Below are positions 36,561-45,758 of a stretch of DNA of 56,559 bases, one piece after another. A program made the position numbers and the translations under genes. Each line of letters begins with the position of its first letter. Positions within the stretch are counted from its first letter, which is position 1. Where the stretch lies: the NCBI GenBank assembly GCA_018062965.1, contig JAGORG010000006.1:1-56559 (forward strand). Reading direction: 5' to 3'. Source of the DNA: Minisyncoccota bacterium. Its GTDB lineage: Bacteria; Patescibacteriota; Minisyncoccia; Phycocordibacterales; UBA5272. The notes beneath the pieces are model-generated. The model saw only the letters and a program-made list of their open reading frames with translations. It was not told the origin of the DNA and made no database searches.

Positions 36561-36905
36561 TGCGTTTACCGTAGAAACGATTCGCTTGAATGATTCAGGG
36601 TTTTCTGATGCCATTTCAGCAAGCATCTTGCGGTTGATAACCATTCCCTTCTTTGTCATTTTGTCGATGAATGTACTGTATGTAGATCCTTCTGCGCGAA
36701 GTGCAGCATTAAGACGAACAGTAAAGAGGCGACGCATGTCAGTCTTCTTATCCTTTCGGTGAGCAAATGCATACGCTCCTGCTTTTCGAAGCGCTACCTT
36801 TGCTTCAATTTCCTTCTTGCTTCGTCCAAAACGAAAACCTTTTGCCATCTTAAGGACATTTCGGCGATGCTTCATTGCAATCTTGCTGCGTTTGACTCGA
36901 GACAT
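36558..36905 (-). CDS. rplT: 50S ribosomal protein L20
   Basis: MSRVKRSKIAMKHRRNVLKMAKGFRFGRS... Confidence 0.95.
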   Translation of the reverse strand: MSRVKRSKIAMKHRRNVLKMAKGFRFGRSKKEIEAKVALRKAGAYAFAHRKDKKTDMRRLFTVRLNAALRAEGSTYSTFIDKMTKKGMVINRKMLAEMASENPESFKRIVSTVNA

Positions 36906-36932
36906 GGTTGTGTAATTAAAAAGTAATAACGA

Positions 36933-37121
36933 TTATAGAAGGCCAGGGAGGAAGCGAGACTTCTCCTTTCCTGTCATAACAAATTCCTGCCCACGCTTAG
37001 CAGAAAGCTGCTTGTGACGGCGAGCTTTTGCGTTGAAGTGGTTAAGACCTGGCTTGCGGCCAATAATCTTTCCATTTTTTGTGATTTTGAGTCGCTTGAG
37101 AAGCGATTTGTTTGTCTTCAT
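36933..37121 (-). CDS. rpmI: 50S ribosomal protein L35
   Basis: MKTNKSLLKRLKITKNGKIIGRKPGLNHF... Confidence 0.9.
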   Translation of the reverse strand: MKTNKSLLKRLKITKNGKIIGRKPGLNHFNAKARRHKQLSAKRGQEFVMTGKEKSRFLPGLL

Positions 37122-37205
37122 ACAGGAAATGTGTGATATGCCTATCTATAACAATAGTTTGGGTATTCTAGCACGCTTTTTTGATAATATCAAGTCTTTT
37201 TCTGG

Positions 37206-37718
37206 TTATTTCGCCTTTTCTATGACTATCATGTAGGCTTTTGGCACCTTTTTCAAAGGTTCAGCAATTTTGTATTCTGCTGGGATAACTGCCAGGATTC
37301 TATCCATACGGTCTCGCAAGAACGAATCTTCCATGTATTTCATGCGGCCTTTTAGTTGGAGCTCAATTTTGACACGGTGCCCTTCTTTTATCCAAAGCGC
37401 AGCTTGCTTTGCTTTGATCATAATATCGTGTTCAGAGATGGTTACACTGATCTGGATATTTTTTGTTTCTGTTATGTGAGCCTTTGCTTTAACCTCCTTG
37501 AGTTTTTTAGACATCTCGTAGGTGTACTTTCCGTAGTCCGCAATACGAGCAACAGGAGGGTCAGCATTAGGGGAGACTTCTATCAAGTCAAACCCAGCAG
37601 CCTTTGCTTGAGCAAGGGCGTCTTCTTTTGTGAGAACTCCCAGGTTTTCACCGTGCGCTCCGATAACGCGGAGTTTTGGTGAACGAATATTATTGTTGAT
37701 GCTTACTTTGTCTGCCAA
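37206..37718 (-). CDS. infC: translation initiation factor IF-3
   Basis: INNNIRSPKLRVIGAHGENLGV...LIEVSPNADPPVARIADYGKY. Non-ATG (TTG) start, as is usual for infC. Confidence 0.9.
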   Translation of the reverse strand: MADKVSINNNIRSPKLRVIGAHGENLGVLTKEDALAQAKAAGFDLIEVSPNADPPVARIADYGKYTYEMSKKLKEVKAKAHITETKNIQISVTISEHDIMIKAKQAALWIKEGHRVKIELQLKGRMKYMEDSFLRDRMDRILAVIPAEYKIAEPLKKVPKAYMIVIEKAK

Positions 37719-37779
37719 GTTGTTTAGAAATTATGTGAGTATTACCCTCTATACTAGCAAATTAAGGCCTACATAACAA

Positions 37780-38577
37780 TCACGCGTCTTGTTTTGGTGG
37801 CATTGGAACAAATGCACTCGTTCGTGCTTTGTAAGTTTCCCATTCAGGGTTGCCAGTAAATCGCTTCTCAAGCATTGGGATTCCAGATACATACAAGAGA
37901 AGGTAGGTGATAAGAATCGGCGACAAAAATACAAACGGATTTCCTGAAATAGAGAATCCCAAGAACGCAAGACCCCACCACATGAGAGATTCGCCAAAGT
38001 AGTTTGGGTGACGTGAGTACTTCCACAATCCCGAGTGCATGATGAGCCCCTTGAGAGGGTTTGGATCTTTGATGAAGCGGTCAAGCTGTGCATCTGCTAT
38101 TGATTCAAAAAGAAATCCTATGCACCACAAAGCGATACCAAGGTATGACAGTATCATAAACTGTCCTATGTTTTGTACCGTAAGCGTAAATGGTAGCAGT
38201 ACGATACTTACAACGAGGGCTTGAAGAAGAAATATTTGGAGATATGAACGAGTATAAAAATACGCTTTTCCTTTAAGCATCCACGCGTCGCGCCAAGCTT
38301 TATATCTAAAGTCTTCTGGCTTGCCTTTGTTTTTGCGATAAATACGTGTCGCCAATCGTAGTGCCCATACGGTAATGAAAAGCAGGATTAAAACAGAGTG
38401 TGGGGCAAGTGGGAACAGGGTGAGTGCTATAAAGGCAGTTACATAGCTCGCCACAAGAAATGCCGGACCATACGCGATATCCATGATGCTGTTATCTTTT
38501 TTGATACACGCAAGCGCAAACATTGTTGTTGCATAAATAAAGAGCACCGCACATGAAAAAAGGTATACGTAAAGCAT
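37780..38577 (-). CDS. DUF1295 / steroid 5-alpha-reductase-like membrane protein
   Basis: Polytopic ORF with GLWKYSRHPNYFGESLMWWG motif. Confidence 0.7.
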   Translation of the reverse strand: MLYVYLFSCAVLFIYATTMFALACIKKDNSIMDIAYGPAFLVASYVTAFIALTLFPLAPHSVLILLFITVWALRLATRIYRKNKGKPEDFRYKAWRDAWMLKGKAYFYTRSYLQIFLLQALVVSIVLLPFTLTVQNIGQFMILSYLGIALWCIGFLFESIADAQLDRFIKDPNPLKGLIMHSGLWKYSRHPNYFGESLMWWGLAFLGFSISGNPFVFLSPILITYLLLYVSGIPMLEKRFTGNPEWETYKARTSAFVPMPPKQDA

Positions 38578-38592
38578 GGGTTAAGTATATCA

Positions 38593-38627
38593 AAAACAAA
38601 GCAGCGCCGTAGGCGCTGCTTTGTTTT
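38593..38627 (-). terminator. terminator downstream of ssrA
   Basis: aaaacaaagcagcgcc-(gt/ac)-ggcgctgctttgtttt. Confidence 0.8.
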
Positions 38628-38633
38628 CTTGTG

Positions 38634-39024
38634 TGGAGATGGGCGGAATTGAACCGCCGTGTATACCAGAACGATGTATGAATCTACAGTGTTTAGTGTG
38701 CTTCGTTGTAATCATCTAGCATAGAAAGCAAACGAAAACGATAGATGATGTGCATGAATTGTTTCGGTGAAAAGTTCATGCAAGCTTTTCACCTACATCT
38801 CCTGTTATTATGCCCTAGCTCTTTCCGGAGATGCGCAAGAGAAGGACACCTGGTCGGCGTTATTACGCGAACGCAGGAACGAGTCCGTTTGCCATATATG
38901 GTGAACGGATCGCCGTTGCAGATTTGTTTGCAACATGGGTGGCAGAATGGTTACGAGCAATTCTGCCGGTCTCGACACAGCACATACAATCATTGTCGAT
39001 ATATCAAAGCCAAAGATCATCCCC
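38634..39024 (-). ncRNA. ssrA: tmRNA (SsrA)
   Basis: 5' GGGGATG pairs with 3' CATCTCC, including the G3-U pair. T-arm GGCGGTTCAATTCCGCC. PK1 ggcagaat/attctgcc. Tag frame GCA AAC ... GCG TTC GCG TAA TAA. Immediately downstream of smpB. Confidence 0.9.
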
Positions 39025-39025
39025 A

Positions 39026-39460
39026 TTATTCTCGAAGACGCATTTCACGTCGAGAGATTTCTTGTTTAACCTTTTCTCGTTTGTCATGCTTCTGTAGTTT
39101 TTTACAAAGCGCAATGTCGCACTTAACAAGGTTGTTTTTAATATACAATGAAATAGGGTGTACTGTCAACCCTCGAACCTCCTCTTGATGAAGTAATTCA
39201 GCAATTTCTTTTTTGTTCAGAAGTAATCTGCGAGTTCGGTGTTCATCATACGATGCTGGAGTATTTGCGGCTTGGTATGGTGGTATGTATGAACCAACCA
39301 AAAACGCTTCTCCGCCACGAATAATCACTTTACTGCCTTCAAGAGAGCCAAGTTTTTGTCGCAATGCTTTTACTTCATGTCCGACTAGTTCAATACCAGC
39401 GGTGTATGTGTCCATGACTTCATATACCAGGCGGAGTTTTTTGTTTTCAACCAGTTTCAT
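39026..39460 (-). CDS. smpB: SsrA-binding protein SmpB
   Basis: YEVMDTYTAGIELVGHEVKALR...GSYIPPY...RTRRLLLNKKEI. Confidence 0.9.
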   Translation of the reverse strand: MKLVENKKLRLVYEVMDTYTAGIELVGHEVKALRQKLGSLEGSKVIIRGGEAFLVGSYIPPYQAANTPASYDEHRTRRLLLNKKEIAELLHQEEVRGLTVHPISLYIKNNLVKCDIALCKKLQKHDKREKVKQEISRREMRLRE

Positions 39461-39492
39461 ACGGCTATTCTAGCATATGGTAGAATCACTAT

Positions 39493-41415
39493 ATGGCACA
39501 AAAACTACCAAAGCTCTTCAGAGCAGAAACAAAATCTAAGGATAAAAAAGAAACGACGCCAACTAAGCTAAACAAGATTGGTGGATTTTCTCAGCAGTTT
39601 GTCATCACGGTGATGATTTTTCTTGCACTTACCTGGGGGTATTCACTTCTTACGGATACAACAGCTACACAAAAAGTTTCGCTTTCTGAAATGGCGGTAC
39701 TCGTAAATGATTATCAAATCAAGAGTATTGAAGTACGCGGAGATACACTCATCGCTCTTAAAAAAGATGATTCTAAAGTTGAAAGCAAAAAAGAGTCTGC
39801 ATCATCAGCCGTTGAAACACTCAAAGACTATGGCGTGACACCGGAAGCAATAGCTACAACGACGATTACTATCGGCTCAGACACTGGAGCATCGTTTTGG
39901 TTCTCTATACTTCCTATCTTGTTGCCAATTTTATTTTTGATTCTCATGATCTGGTATCTTGCTCGTGGTATCAAGGGTGCAAACATGCAGGCGTTATCAT
40001 TTGGACAATCTCGCGCAAAGATTATTCACCCAGATGATGGAAAACAAAAAGTAACATTTAAAGATGTTGCTGGTGCAAAAGAAGCAAAAGAAGAACTTTC
40101 TGAAATTGTTGATTTTTTGAGAAGCCCAAAGAAATTTACTGACATCGGTGCAGTTATTCCAAAAGGGGTACTCTTGATGGGTGCGCCAGGAACAGGAAAG
40201 ACTATGCTCGCTCGTGCTGTTGCGGGAGAGGCGGGGGTACCGTTCTTCCATCTTTCAGGTTCTGAGTTTGAAGAAATGTTTGTTGGAGTCGGGGCATCTC
40301 GTGTGCGAGATCTCTTTGATATGGCAAAAAAGTCTGCTCCAGCAATTATCTTTATTGATGAAATCGATGCGGTTGGACGAGCTCGTTCTCCGTCTATGGG
40401 TGGACAAGGGGAGGCACGTGAACAAACACTTAACCAAATACTTGTAGAGATGGATGGTTTTGAACAAACAGAAAACGTGATTGTCATGGCAGCAACAAAC
40501 AGACCTGATGTGCTAGACCAGGCACTCCTTCGTCCTGGACGATTTGATCGTCGTGTGACGTTAGATCTTCCTGATCGTAGCGACCGTGAAGCGATATTAA
40601 ATGTCCACATCAAAGAAAAGCCACTCGCAGAAGACATCAATCTTTCGATTATTGCTGAACGCACTCCTGGGTTTTCAGGTGCTGACCTTAACTCGCTCAT
40701 GAACGAAGCGGCTATCCTCGCTGCTCGTGAAGGACGAAAGAAAGTTGCACAGTTTGATCTCATTCGTTCTATAGAAAAGGTGATGCTTGGTCCAGAGCGA
40801 AAGAGTCATGTGCTCTCACCTCATGAAAAGAAAATAACTGCGTATCACGAAGCAGGGCATGCACTTGTTGCGTCGTGTCTTCCTGACGCAGATCCAGTGC
40901 ACAAGATTTCTATCATTGCTCGTGGTTCTGCGGGCGGATATACGCTCAAGCTTCCGCTAGATGATAGACGCCTCATGAGTCGAGCGTCATTTTTGGATGA
41001 CATCGCAATGTCACTTGGCGGGTATGTTGCTGAAAAAGAAATCTTTGGAGACATAACTACTGGCCCATCAAATGATCTACAAGTTGCAACTGCTATGGCT
41101 CGCGACATGGTTACTAAGTACGGTATGAGTACACTAGGTCCAATAGCTCTCGAGGGAAATGGTCGCGCACTATTTGGGGGAGGGTTGTACGGAAAAGAGT
41201 ACAGTGAAGCTATGGGTACGAAAATAGATGATGAAGTAAAACGTATCATGGATGACGCATGGGCTCGCGCTCGAAAAATCATCTTAGACAAACGTGATAC
41301 ACTCACCGCTATTGCTGAAGAGTTGATTCGTGTTGAAAATATCGAACGTGAAGAATTTGAAAAGTTACTCATCGTTCACGGAATCACTCCAAAGAAAAAA
41401 GAGGAAACAGTATAA
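39493..41415 (+). CDS. ftsH: ATP-dependent zinc metalloprotease FtsH
   Basis: Walker A GAPGTGKT, second region of homology, and HEAGHA zinc motif. Confidence 0.95.
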   Translation: MAQKLPKLFRAETKSKDKKETTPTKLNKIGGFSQQFVITVMIFLALTWGYSLLTDTTATQKVSLSEMAVLVNDYQIKSIEVRGDTLIALKKDDSKVESKKESASSAVETLKDYGVTPEAIATTTITIGSDTGASFWFSILPILLPILFLILMIWYLARGIKGANMQALSFGQSRAKIIHPDDGKQKVTFKDVAGAKEAKEELSEIVDFLRSPKKFTDIGAVIPKGVLLMGAPGTGKTMLARAVAGEAGVPFFHLSGSEFEEMFVGVGASRVRDLFDMAKKSAPAIIFIDEIDAVGRARSPSMGGQGEAREQTLNQILVEMDGFEQTENVIVMAATNRPDVLDQALLRPGRFDRRVTLDLPDRSDREAILNVHIKEKPLAEDINLSIIAERTPGFSGADLNSLMNEAAILAAREGRKKVAQFDLIRSIEKVMLGPERKSHVLSPHEKKITAYHEAGHALVASCLPDADPVHKISIIARGSAGGYTLKLPLDDRRLMSRASFLDDIAMSLGGYVAEKEIFGDITTGPSNDLQVATAMARDMVTKYGMSTLGPIALEGNGRALFGGGLYGKEYSEAMGTKIDDEVKRIMDDAWARARKIILDKRDTLTAIAEELIRVENIEREEFEKLLIVHGITPKKKEETV

Positions 41416-41417
41416 AT

Positions 41418-41448
41418 AAAAAGAACGGCCCCAGATGGGGTCGTTTTT
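41418..41448. terminator. bidirectional terminator (ftsH and convergent small gene)
   Basis: aaaaagaacggcccc-agat-ggggtcgttttt. Confidence 0.8.
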
Positions 41449-41461
41449 GATGGTGGAGGTT

Positions 41462-41719
41462 TTAACCAACCAGTAACTGCAGAGGGACAGGTGATCTGCG
41501 AAAGACTTTTCCGTCACTGAGATGTCCGTGCCCGTCCTCACCGGCATCTATTGCGAGGTGGAGCAGTGCCTGAGCTCTTTTTTTGTCGGCGTCTGGCTTT
41601 TTCTCATTGCCTGCGCAGTCGCATTTTTTTTGTAGAGACGGGCAAGTTCCTTGCTCTAGTGCGGCGGAGCATTCAAGTCCGCCCGGTAGTAAGTTGCACA
41701 TAAACTGTTGCTCCTTCAT
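41462..41719 (-). CDS. hypothetical small Cys/His-containing protein in a GC-rich segment
   Basis: ORF with internal starts at 41719 or 41701 (the latter lies 9 nt after AAGGAG). Visibly GC-richer than its flanks. No motif recognised. Confidence 0.4.
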   Translation of the reverse strand: MKEQQFMCNLLPGGLECSAALEQGTCPSLQKKCDCAGNEKKPDADKKRAQALLHLAIDAGEDGHGHLSDGKVFRRSPVPLQLLVG

Positions 41720-41804
41720 TGTTCTAGATCCGTCACCATTGGCGGGTCCACTACTAATCCTACGCCTCAAATAAAATCTTGTAAAGATATCTTATAAACG
41801 TTTG

Positions 41805-41877
41805 TGCATCCACCTGGACTCGAACCAGGGACCAGTCGTGTATAAGACGACGGCTCTACCAACTGAGCTATGGATGC
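41805..41877 (-). tRNA. tRNA-Ile with anticodon UAU; CCA not encoded
   Basis: Manual cloverleaf: acceptor GCATCCA/TGGATGC, D arm GCTC/GAGC, anticodon stem GTCGT/ACGAC with loop CTTATAC, T arm CCTGG-TTCGAGT-CCAGG. Confidence 0.85.
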
Positions 41878-41912
41878 GATATTGTGGGTAAACTATATCA
41901 AAATTTGAGGCT

Positions 41913-44075
41913 TTATTCCATATGCACTGTATCTCTGTCTTTGATGAGTTGTGCAAGATCCGGATAACTTTGTAAATCCGGTTCATTGTCGATAAGGTTT
42001 CTGGCTTCTTGGCGCGCTATCTCTACAAGCTTTGGGTTCTTGATAGCCTCCATCGCAAGGTCACTCATTCCCCATTGTTTACCATCCATGAGTGTTCCAA
42101 CGCCACGTGTAAGCATGTCTTGCTCTGCAAGTTCAAATCCATTCTTTGCTGTTACGAGTGCCTCTAGTCGCTTCTGTGTCATTTCTCCCGTGCTTTCTGT
42201 AAAGAGATAGCAGTATGACTGATGTTCCGCTCGTCCCACTCGTCCACGTAACTGGTGAAGCTGAGCAAGTCCAAAACGGTCAGCATGCTCAATGACGATA
42301 CATGTTGCATTTGGAACATTCACCCCAACCTCAACAACAGATGTTGCAACCAAGATATCAGACTTTTTTGCAAGAAAATCCTCCATCACTTCTTCCTTCT
42401 CTTCTTTTTTCATTTTGCTGTGAAGGATATCCACTATAAATTCAGGAAATATAACATCAGCCAAACGACGTGCCTCTTCTTTAACACTTTTCAACATTCT
42501 TTTTTGTCGTTCTTCTTCGTCTTGTTCGTCAATGCGCGGACAAATAACATATACCTGTCTACCTTGCTTTAGTTCAGATCTAATATGTTCATACGTTACT
42601 TCACGTTTAGATGTTGGCACAATTTCAGTGATGATACGTTTACGGTTACTTGGCATTTGGTCGATCACTGTGAGGTCTAGGTCTCCAAACATAGTAAGGG
42701 CAAGCGTTCGTGGGATAGGGGTTGCGGTCATTGAAAGAAGGTGAGGAAGTTCTTTCCGCGTGTCTCCTTGTTTATGTGCTAACATTTTTCGCTGGCGCAC
42801 ACCAAAGCGATGCTGCTCGTCAATAATGACTAAAGCAAGATTTGCAAAGGTTACTGTTTTTTGGATAAGCGCGTGCGTCCCTATAACGATAGATACCCGC
42901 CCTTCGGATAACCATTTCAAGAGTTGTGTTCGTGATATGTCTGTATAGGTTTCTCCGTATGACTTGCTTGGAAACTTTTTACAACCAGATCCAGTGAGTA
43001 GTCCAATCTCTATACCTGTGCCTTCAAAGAATTGTATAAAGCTTTCAAAATGTTGCTTTGCGAGAATTTCGGTTGGCGCCATATATGCAACTTGAAGAGG
43101 GGGACCTGTTTTACCTACTCTGTTTTGTAATGTCGCATACGCTGCTACTGCTGCGACAAATGTTTTACCACTACCCACATCTCCTTCAAGAAGTCGTCCC
43201 ATTGGGTCACTACGATTCATATCATCTAGTAGTGTGTCTATTGCATCGACTTGCGCCTGTGTTGGAGTAAAAGGAAATGATGAAATAAAATCATCTACTT
43301 GTTGGGTGCGTTTAACTGAATAAGCAAGAGAGTGCTTTGCATCAACTTTTTCTCTGTACTGCTTAAGCTGCATAAAAAATATTTCTTGAAAAGCAAAACG
43401 TTTTCGCGCAGCAACGGTGTAGGGTTCGTTCTTTGGGAAATGTATGTACAAAAAAGCATCTTTAAGTTCGGGTAGGCTTAGCTTCTTGAGAATATGTGGA
43501 GGAATAGGGTCATGTATCTCGTCTAATATGCCACCTGAAATTGCTTTTTTGATGAGTATATAGAGATAGTTTGAAGAGACACCTTTTGTCTCTCTGTAGA
43601 CTGGTATTAAAAATTCTGGCGGTACAGCTGTTGCAAAAAGCGAGTCTGCACGCTCAGGAAGTGTTTCCAAACGTTCAATGCTTGGATTAGAAAGAAACGT
43701 GCCCTTACTATCTTCTTGTACAGTGCCTGCTATTTTTACTTTTGTACCGTTTGGATACATCTTTCCGATATACGCTTGGTTAAACCATATACAACGTACT
43801 GTGCCTGTATCGTCCGCAACACGCGCTTCTGTCATAGGAATATGTCCTTTGAAACTTCTGCGCACAGTGACTTTTTCCATAACGCCATATATGGTTACAG
43901 GTGCTCCTTTTACAAGTGTTGAAACACTTGACTCTTCTCGAGAGTCTGCGTATCGAGTTGGAAAGTGATAGAGCAAGTCTCGGATACTTTTTATTCCAAG
44001 TCGATGTAGTCCTTCCGCGTGAACTTCTGAAAGTTTGTTAATCGAAGAAATAGGGGAATCTAAAGACGTCTTCAT
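41913..44075 (-). CDS. recG: ATP-dependent DNA helicase RecG
   Basis: Wedge domain plus helicase motifs GDVGSGKT, DEQHRFG, TATPIPRT and QLRGRVGR. ATG 44075 lies 8 nt after TATACT; the longer start would overlap a terminator. Confidence 0.9.
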   Translation of the reverse strand: MKTSLDSPISSINKLSEVHAEGLHRLGIKSIRDLLYHFPTRYADSREESSVSTLVKGAPVTIYGVMEKVTVRRSFKGHIPMTEARVADDTGTVRCIWFNQAYIGKMYPNGTKVKIAGTVQEDSKGTFLSNPSIERLETLPERADSLFATAVPPEFLIPVYRETKGVSSNYLYILIKKAISGGILDEIHDPIPPHILKKLSLPELKDAFLYIHFPKNEPYTVAARKRFAFQEIFFMQLKQYREKVDAKHSLAYSVKRTQQVDDFISSFPFTPTQAQVDAIDTLLDDMNRSDPMGRLLEGDVGSGKTFVAAVAAYATLQNRVGKTGPPLQVAYMAPTEILAKQHFESFIQFFEGTGIEIGLLTGSGCKKFPSKSYGETYTDISRTQLLKWLSEGRVSIVIGTHALIQKTVTFANLALVIIDEQHRFGVRQRKMLAHKQGDTRKELPHLLSMTATPIPRTLALTMFGDLDLTVIDQMPSNRKRIITEIVPTSKREVTYEHIRSELKQGRQVYVICPRIDEQDEEERQKRMLKSVKEEARRLADVIFPEFIVDILHSKMKKEEKEEVMEDFLAKKSDILVATSVVEVGVNVPNATCIVIEHADRFGLAQLHQLRGRVGRAEHQSYCYLFTESTGEMTQKRLEALVTAKNGFELAEQDMLTRGVGTLMDGKQWGMSDLAMEAIKNPKLVEIARQEARNLIDNEPDLQSYPDLAQLIKDRDTVHME

Positions 44076-44091
44076 GTAAGTAGAGTATAAC

Positions 44092-44124
44092 AAAAAGCTG
44101 GCCGCCGTAGGCGGCCAGCTTTTT
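44092..44124 (-). terminator. terminator between the small membrane-protein gene and recG
   Basis: aaaaagctggccgcc-(gtag/ctac)-ggcggccagcttttt. Confidence 0.8.
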
Positions 44125-44491
44125 ATCTAAACTGTGGTCGAGAATGATAAATGATGAGCGCAAGCGTAACAAGAAGAAGAACAAAGAGAAGCATGTTAGA
44201 TGCTGTGTAACTGTGAAGTGAGAAGTTGATGTAGAGCTCACTTGAGATGATAACCAAAGCTACAATGAGGGGTAATATTGGTCGAGGCCAAATGAGGATG
44301 AGTATACCCAAGATAACAAAGAATGCGTGCCAGAGTGTAAAAGCAACCGTTTGTGGAATGTATTCGTTGATACATGCAAACATAGCCATCTTTGTTTTCT
44401 GTGCACCTTCTAGCAAGCTACTTGCATGAGGGTAGATAAAATAAAACGCTACAGCTAAGCGAAGAAGGTAAGGCCAAATGTTAAACATCAT
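44123..44491 (-). CDS. small 4-TM membrane protein (possibly DoxX-like)
   Basis: 122-aa hydrophobic ORF. Family assignment is tentative. Confidence 0.55.
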   Translation of the reverse strand: MMFNIWPYLLRLAVAFYFIYPHASSLLEGAQKTKMAMFACINEYIPQTVAFTLWHAFFVILGILILIWPRPILPLIVALVIISSELYINFSLHSYTASNMLLFVLLLVTLALIIYHSRPQFR

Positions 44492-44541
44492 GTATGTAGT
44501 ATATCAGGATACATGTCACGACAACAAACTACCCAACCAAG

Positions 44542-45717
44542 CTAAATCTTTTGAAGATAGTTCTCAATACTATTAAAACACCACTCACGCACCTTTGGGG
44601 GCTCTAGCTCACATATAGATCTCATTCTTGGTAGTGAGTTTCGGGAGTTGTATATATGTAAAGAGAGTATGTCTCCAATACACGCTTTATGTCGAGGGTC
44701 GTTGTGTGTATATATTGTGCAGAGGCTAAGTATTTTTTCTGGCGCATACAGGTTGTTATTTGTGTCTAACGCAAGACTAAGGATCGCCGCAGCACTCTGG
44801 TAACACATTGTGTTTGCTTCTTGGTTTTTTGATTGACTACATTTCTGCAAAATCATATCTGGATTATAACCATGTACCGTATAGTAAATAGAAGCCATAT
44901 TTCTCCAGCAAGCTTTCTCTGCTGTCCCTGTGTAAGATAGACATGTCTTTTCAAGTTTGAGTGCGTATTCGTTGTTAATATTTAGACTAGATACTAGTCC
45001 ATGTTCAGACAGAGTTGTTTTATGGAAATCTTCCATAAAAACACCATCGTAACAGTTATAAAGCCATGTTTCTTGTAATTCTGAACATATTGACATTGAT
45101 GTAGAAAAGTCGCCGTAGTTAAATACGAGAATCATATGACCTAAGAGGTGCAAGTAAGGGCATGTCATATTTGATTGAGTTTCTTTACAGATATATTCAA
45201 TAAAGTTTTTGTCCATTTCTGTTTCAGGGTGGTCAGTTATATAAGCTTCTAGGAAACCATGAAGCATGCCCATTGAACAAAGGTTTGTATTTATTGTGTT
45301 GAGCACCTTCCAAAAGTCTTTTGAACTTCTTTCATAACTTGCCCTCCCTATGTAATGTCCAATACGATGACAGCTAATTAAAGATGGTTCTTTTTCTTGG
45401 GTTTTTGCAAGAATAGCAGAAGCGGTTACCATTCCATACTTCTTGGTACTCGCCATGAATTCATCCCTGTAACATTCTTCTTTTTTAGTTACCTCTACTT
45501 GCTTACATAAAAATATAATTTCTTCCGCAGCTTTTACTAGCTGAGTATCCTGTAAGTTAATTTTATTAGTAGGATTTAAAATGTTTAATTGTAATAACAA
45601 ACCAAAACTAATTAATATGACCGAAGTAAATGTTGTACCCACTAACAAAAAAAGCCTTTGTTTTTTTGAAAGATTTTTTAAGGTAGTCTTCATGGTATAA
45701 AGGTTAAGACGTAACAA
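44542..45717 (-). CDS. membrane-anchored Cys-rich helical-repeat protein, paralog B
   Basis: Shares CHxIGH, LHGFLEAY, C..LHLLGH, CYDGVFMEDF and CWRNMA motifs in the same order as 45759-47015. Start is TTG 45717 or ATG 45693. Confidence 0.7.
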   Translation of the reverse strand: MLRLNLYTMKTTLKNLSKKQRLFLLVGTTFTSVILISFGLLLQLNILNPTNKINLQDTQLVKAAEEIIFLCKQVEVTKKEECYRDEFMASTKKYGMVTASAILAKTQEKEPSLISCHRIGHYIGRASYERSSKDFWKVLNTINTNLCSMGMLHGFLEAYITDHPETEMDKNFIEYICKETQSNMTCPYLHLLGHMILVFNYGDFSTSMSICSELQETWLYNCYDGVFMEDFHKTTLSEHGLVSSLNINNEYALKLEKTCLSYTGTAEKACWRNMASIYYTVHGYNPDMILQKCSQSKNQEANTMCYQSAAAILSLALDTNNNLYAPEKILSLCTIYTHNDPRHKACIGDILSLHIYNSRNSLPRMRSICELEPPKVREWCFNSIENYLQKI

Positions 45718-45758
45718 CAGCTAAACATGAAGCAGGGTCAAAATGATTGCTTACAAGT

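Noticed and set aside
38745-39188. Track ORFs 38745-39188, 38808-39026 and 38831-39097
   Set aside because: They lie within or antisense to the tmRNA gene and the 3' end of smpB.
40026-40763. 245-aa ORF antisense to ftsH, and similar long antisense ORFs (20770-21171, 41986-42210, 55866-56501)
   Set aside because: They are shadow frames of strongly supported genes (ftsH, ileS, recG, secD). Their products have low-complexity composition (Ser, Arg, Ala) and no start context.
41462-41770. RNase P RNA or another large ncRNA in the GC-rich gap
   Set aside because: No GGAAAGUCC/ACAGAA-type P4 strands on either strand. An uninterrupted ORF with an SD fits better, though I hold this with low confidence.
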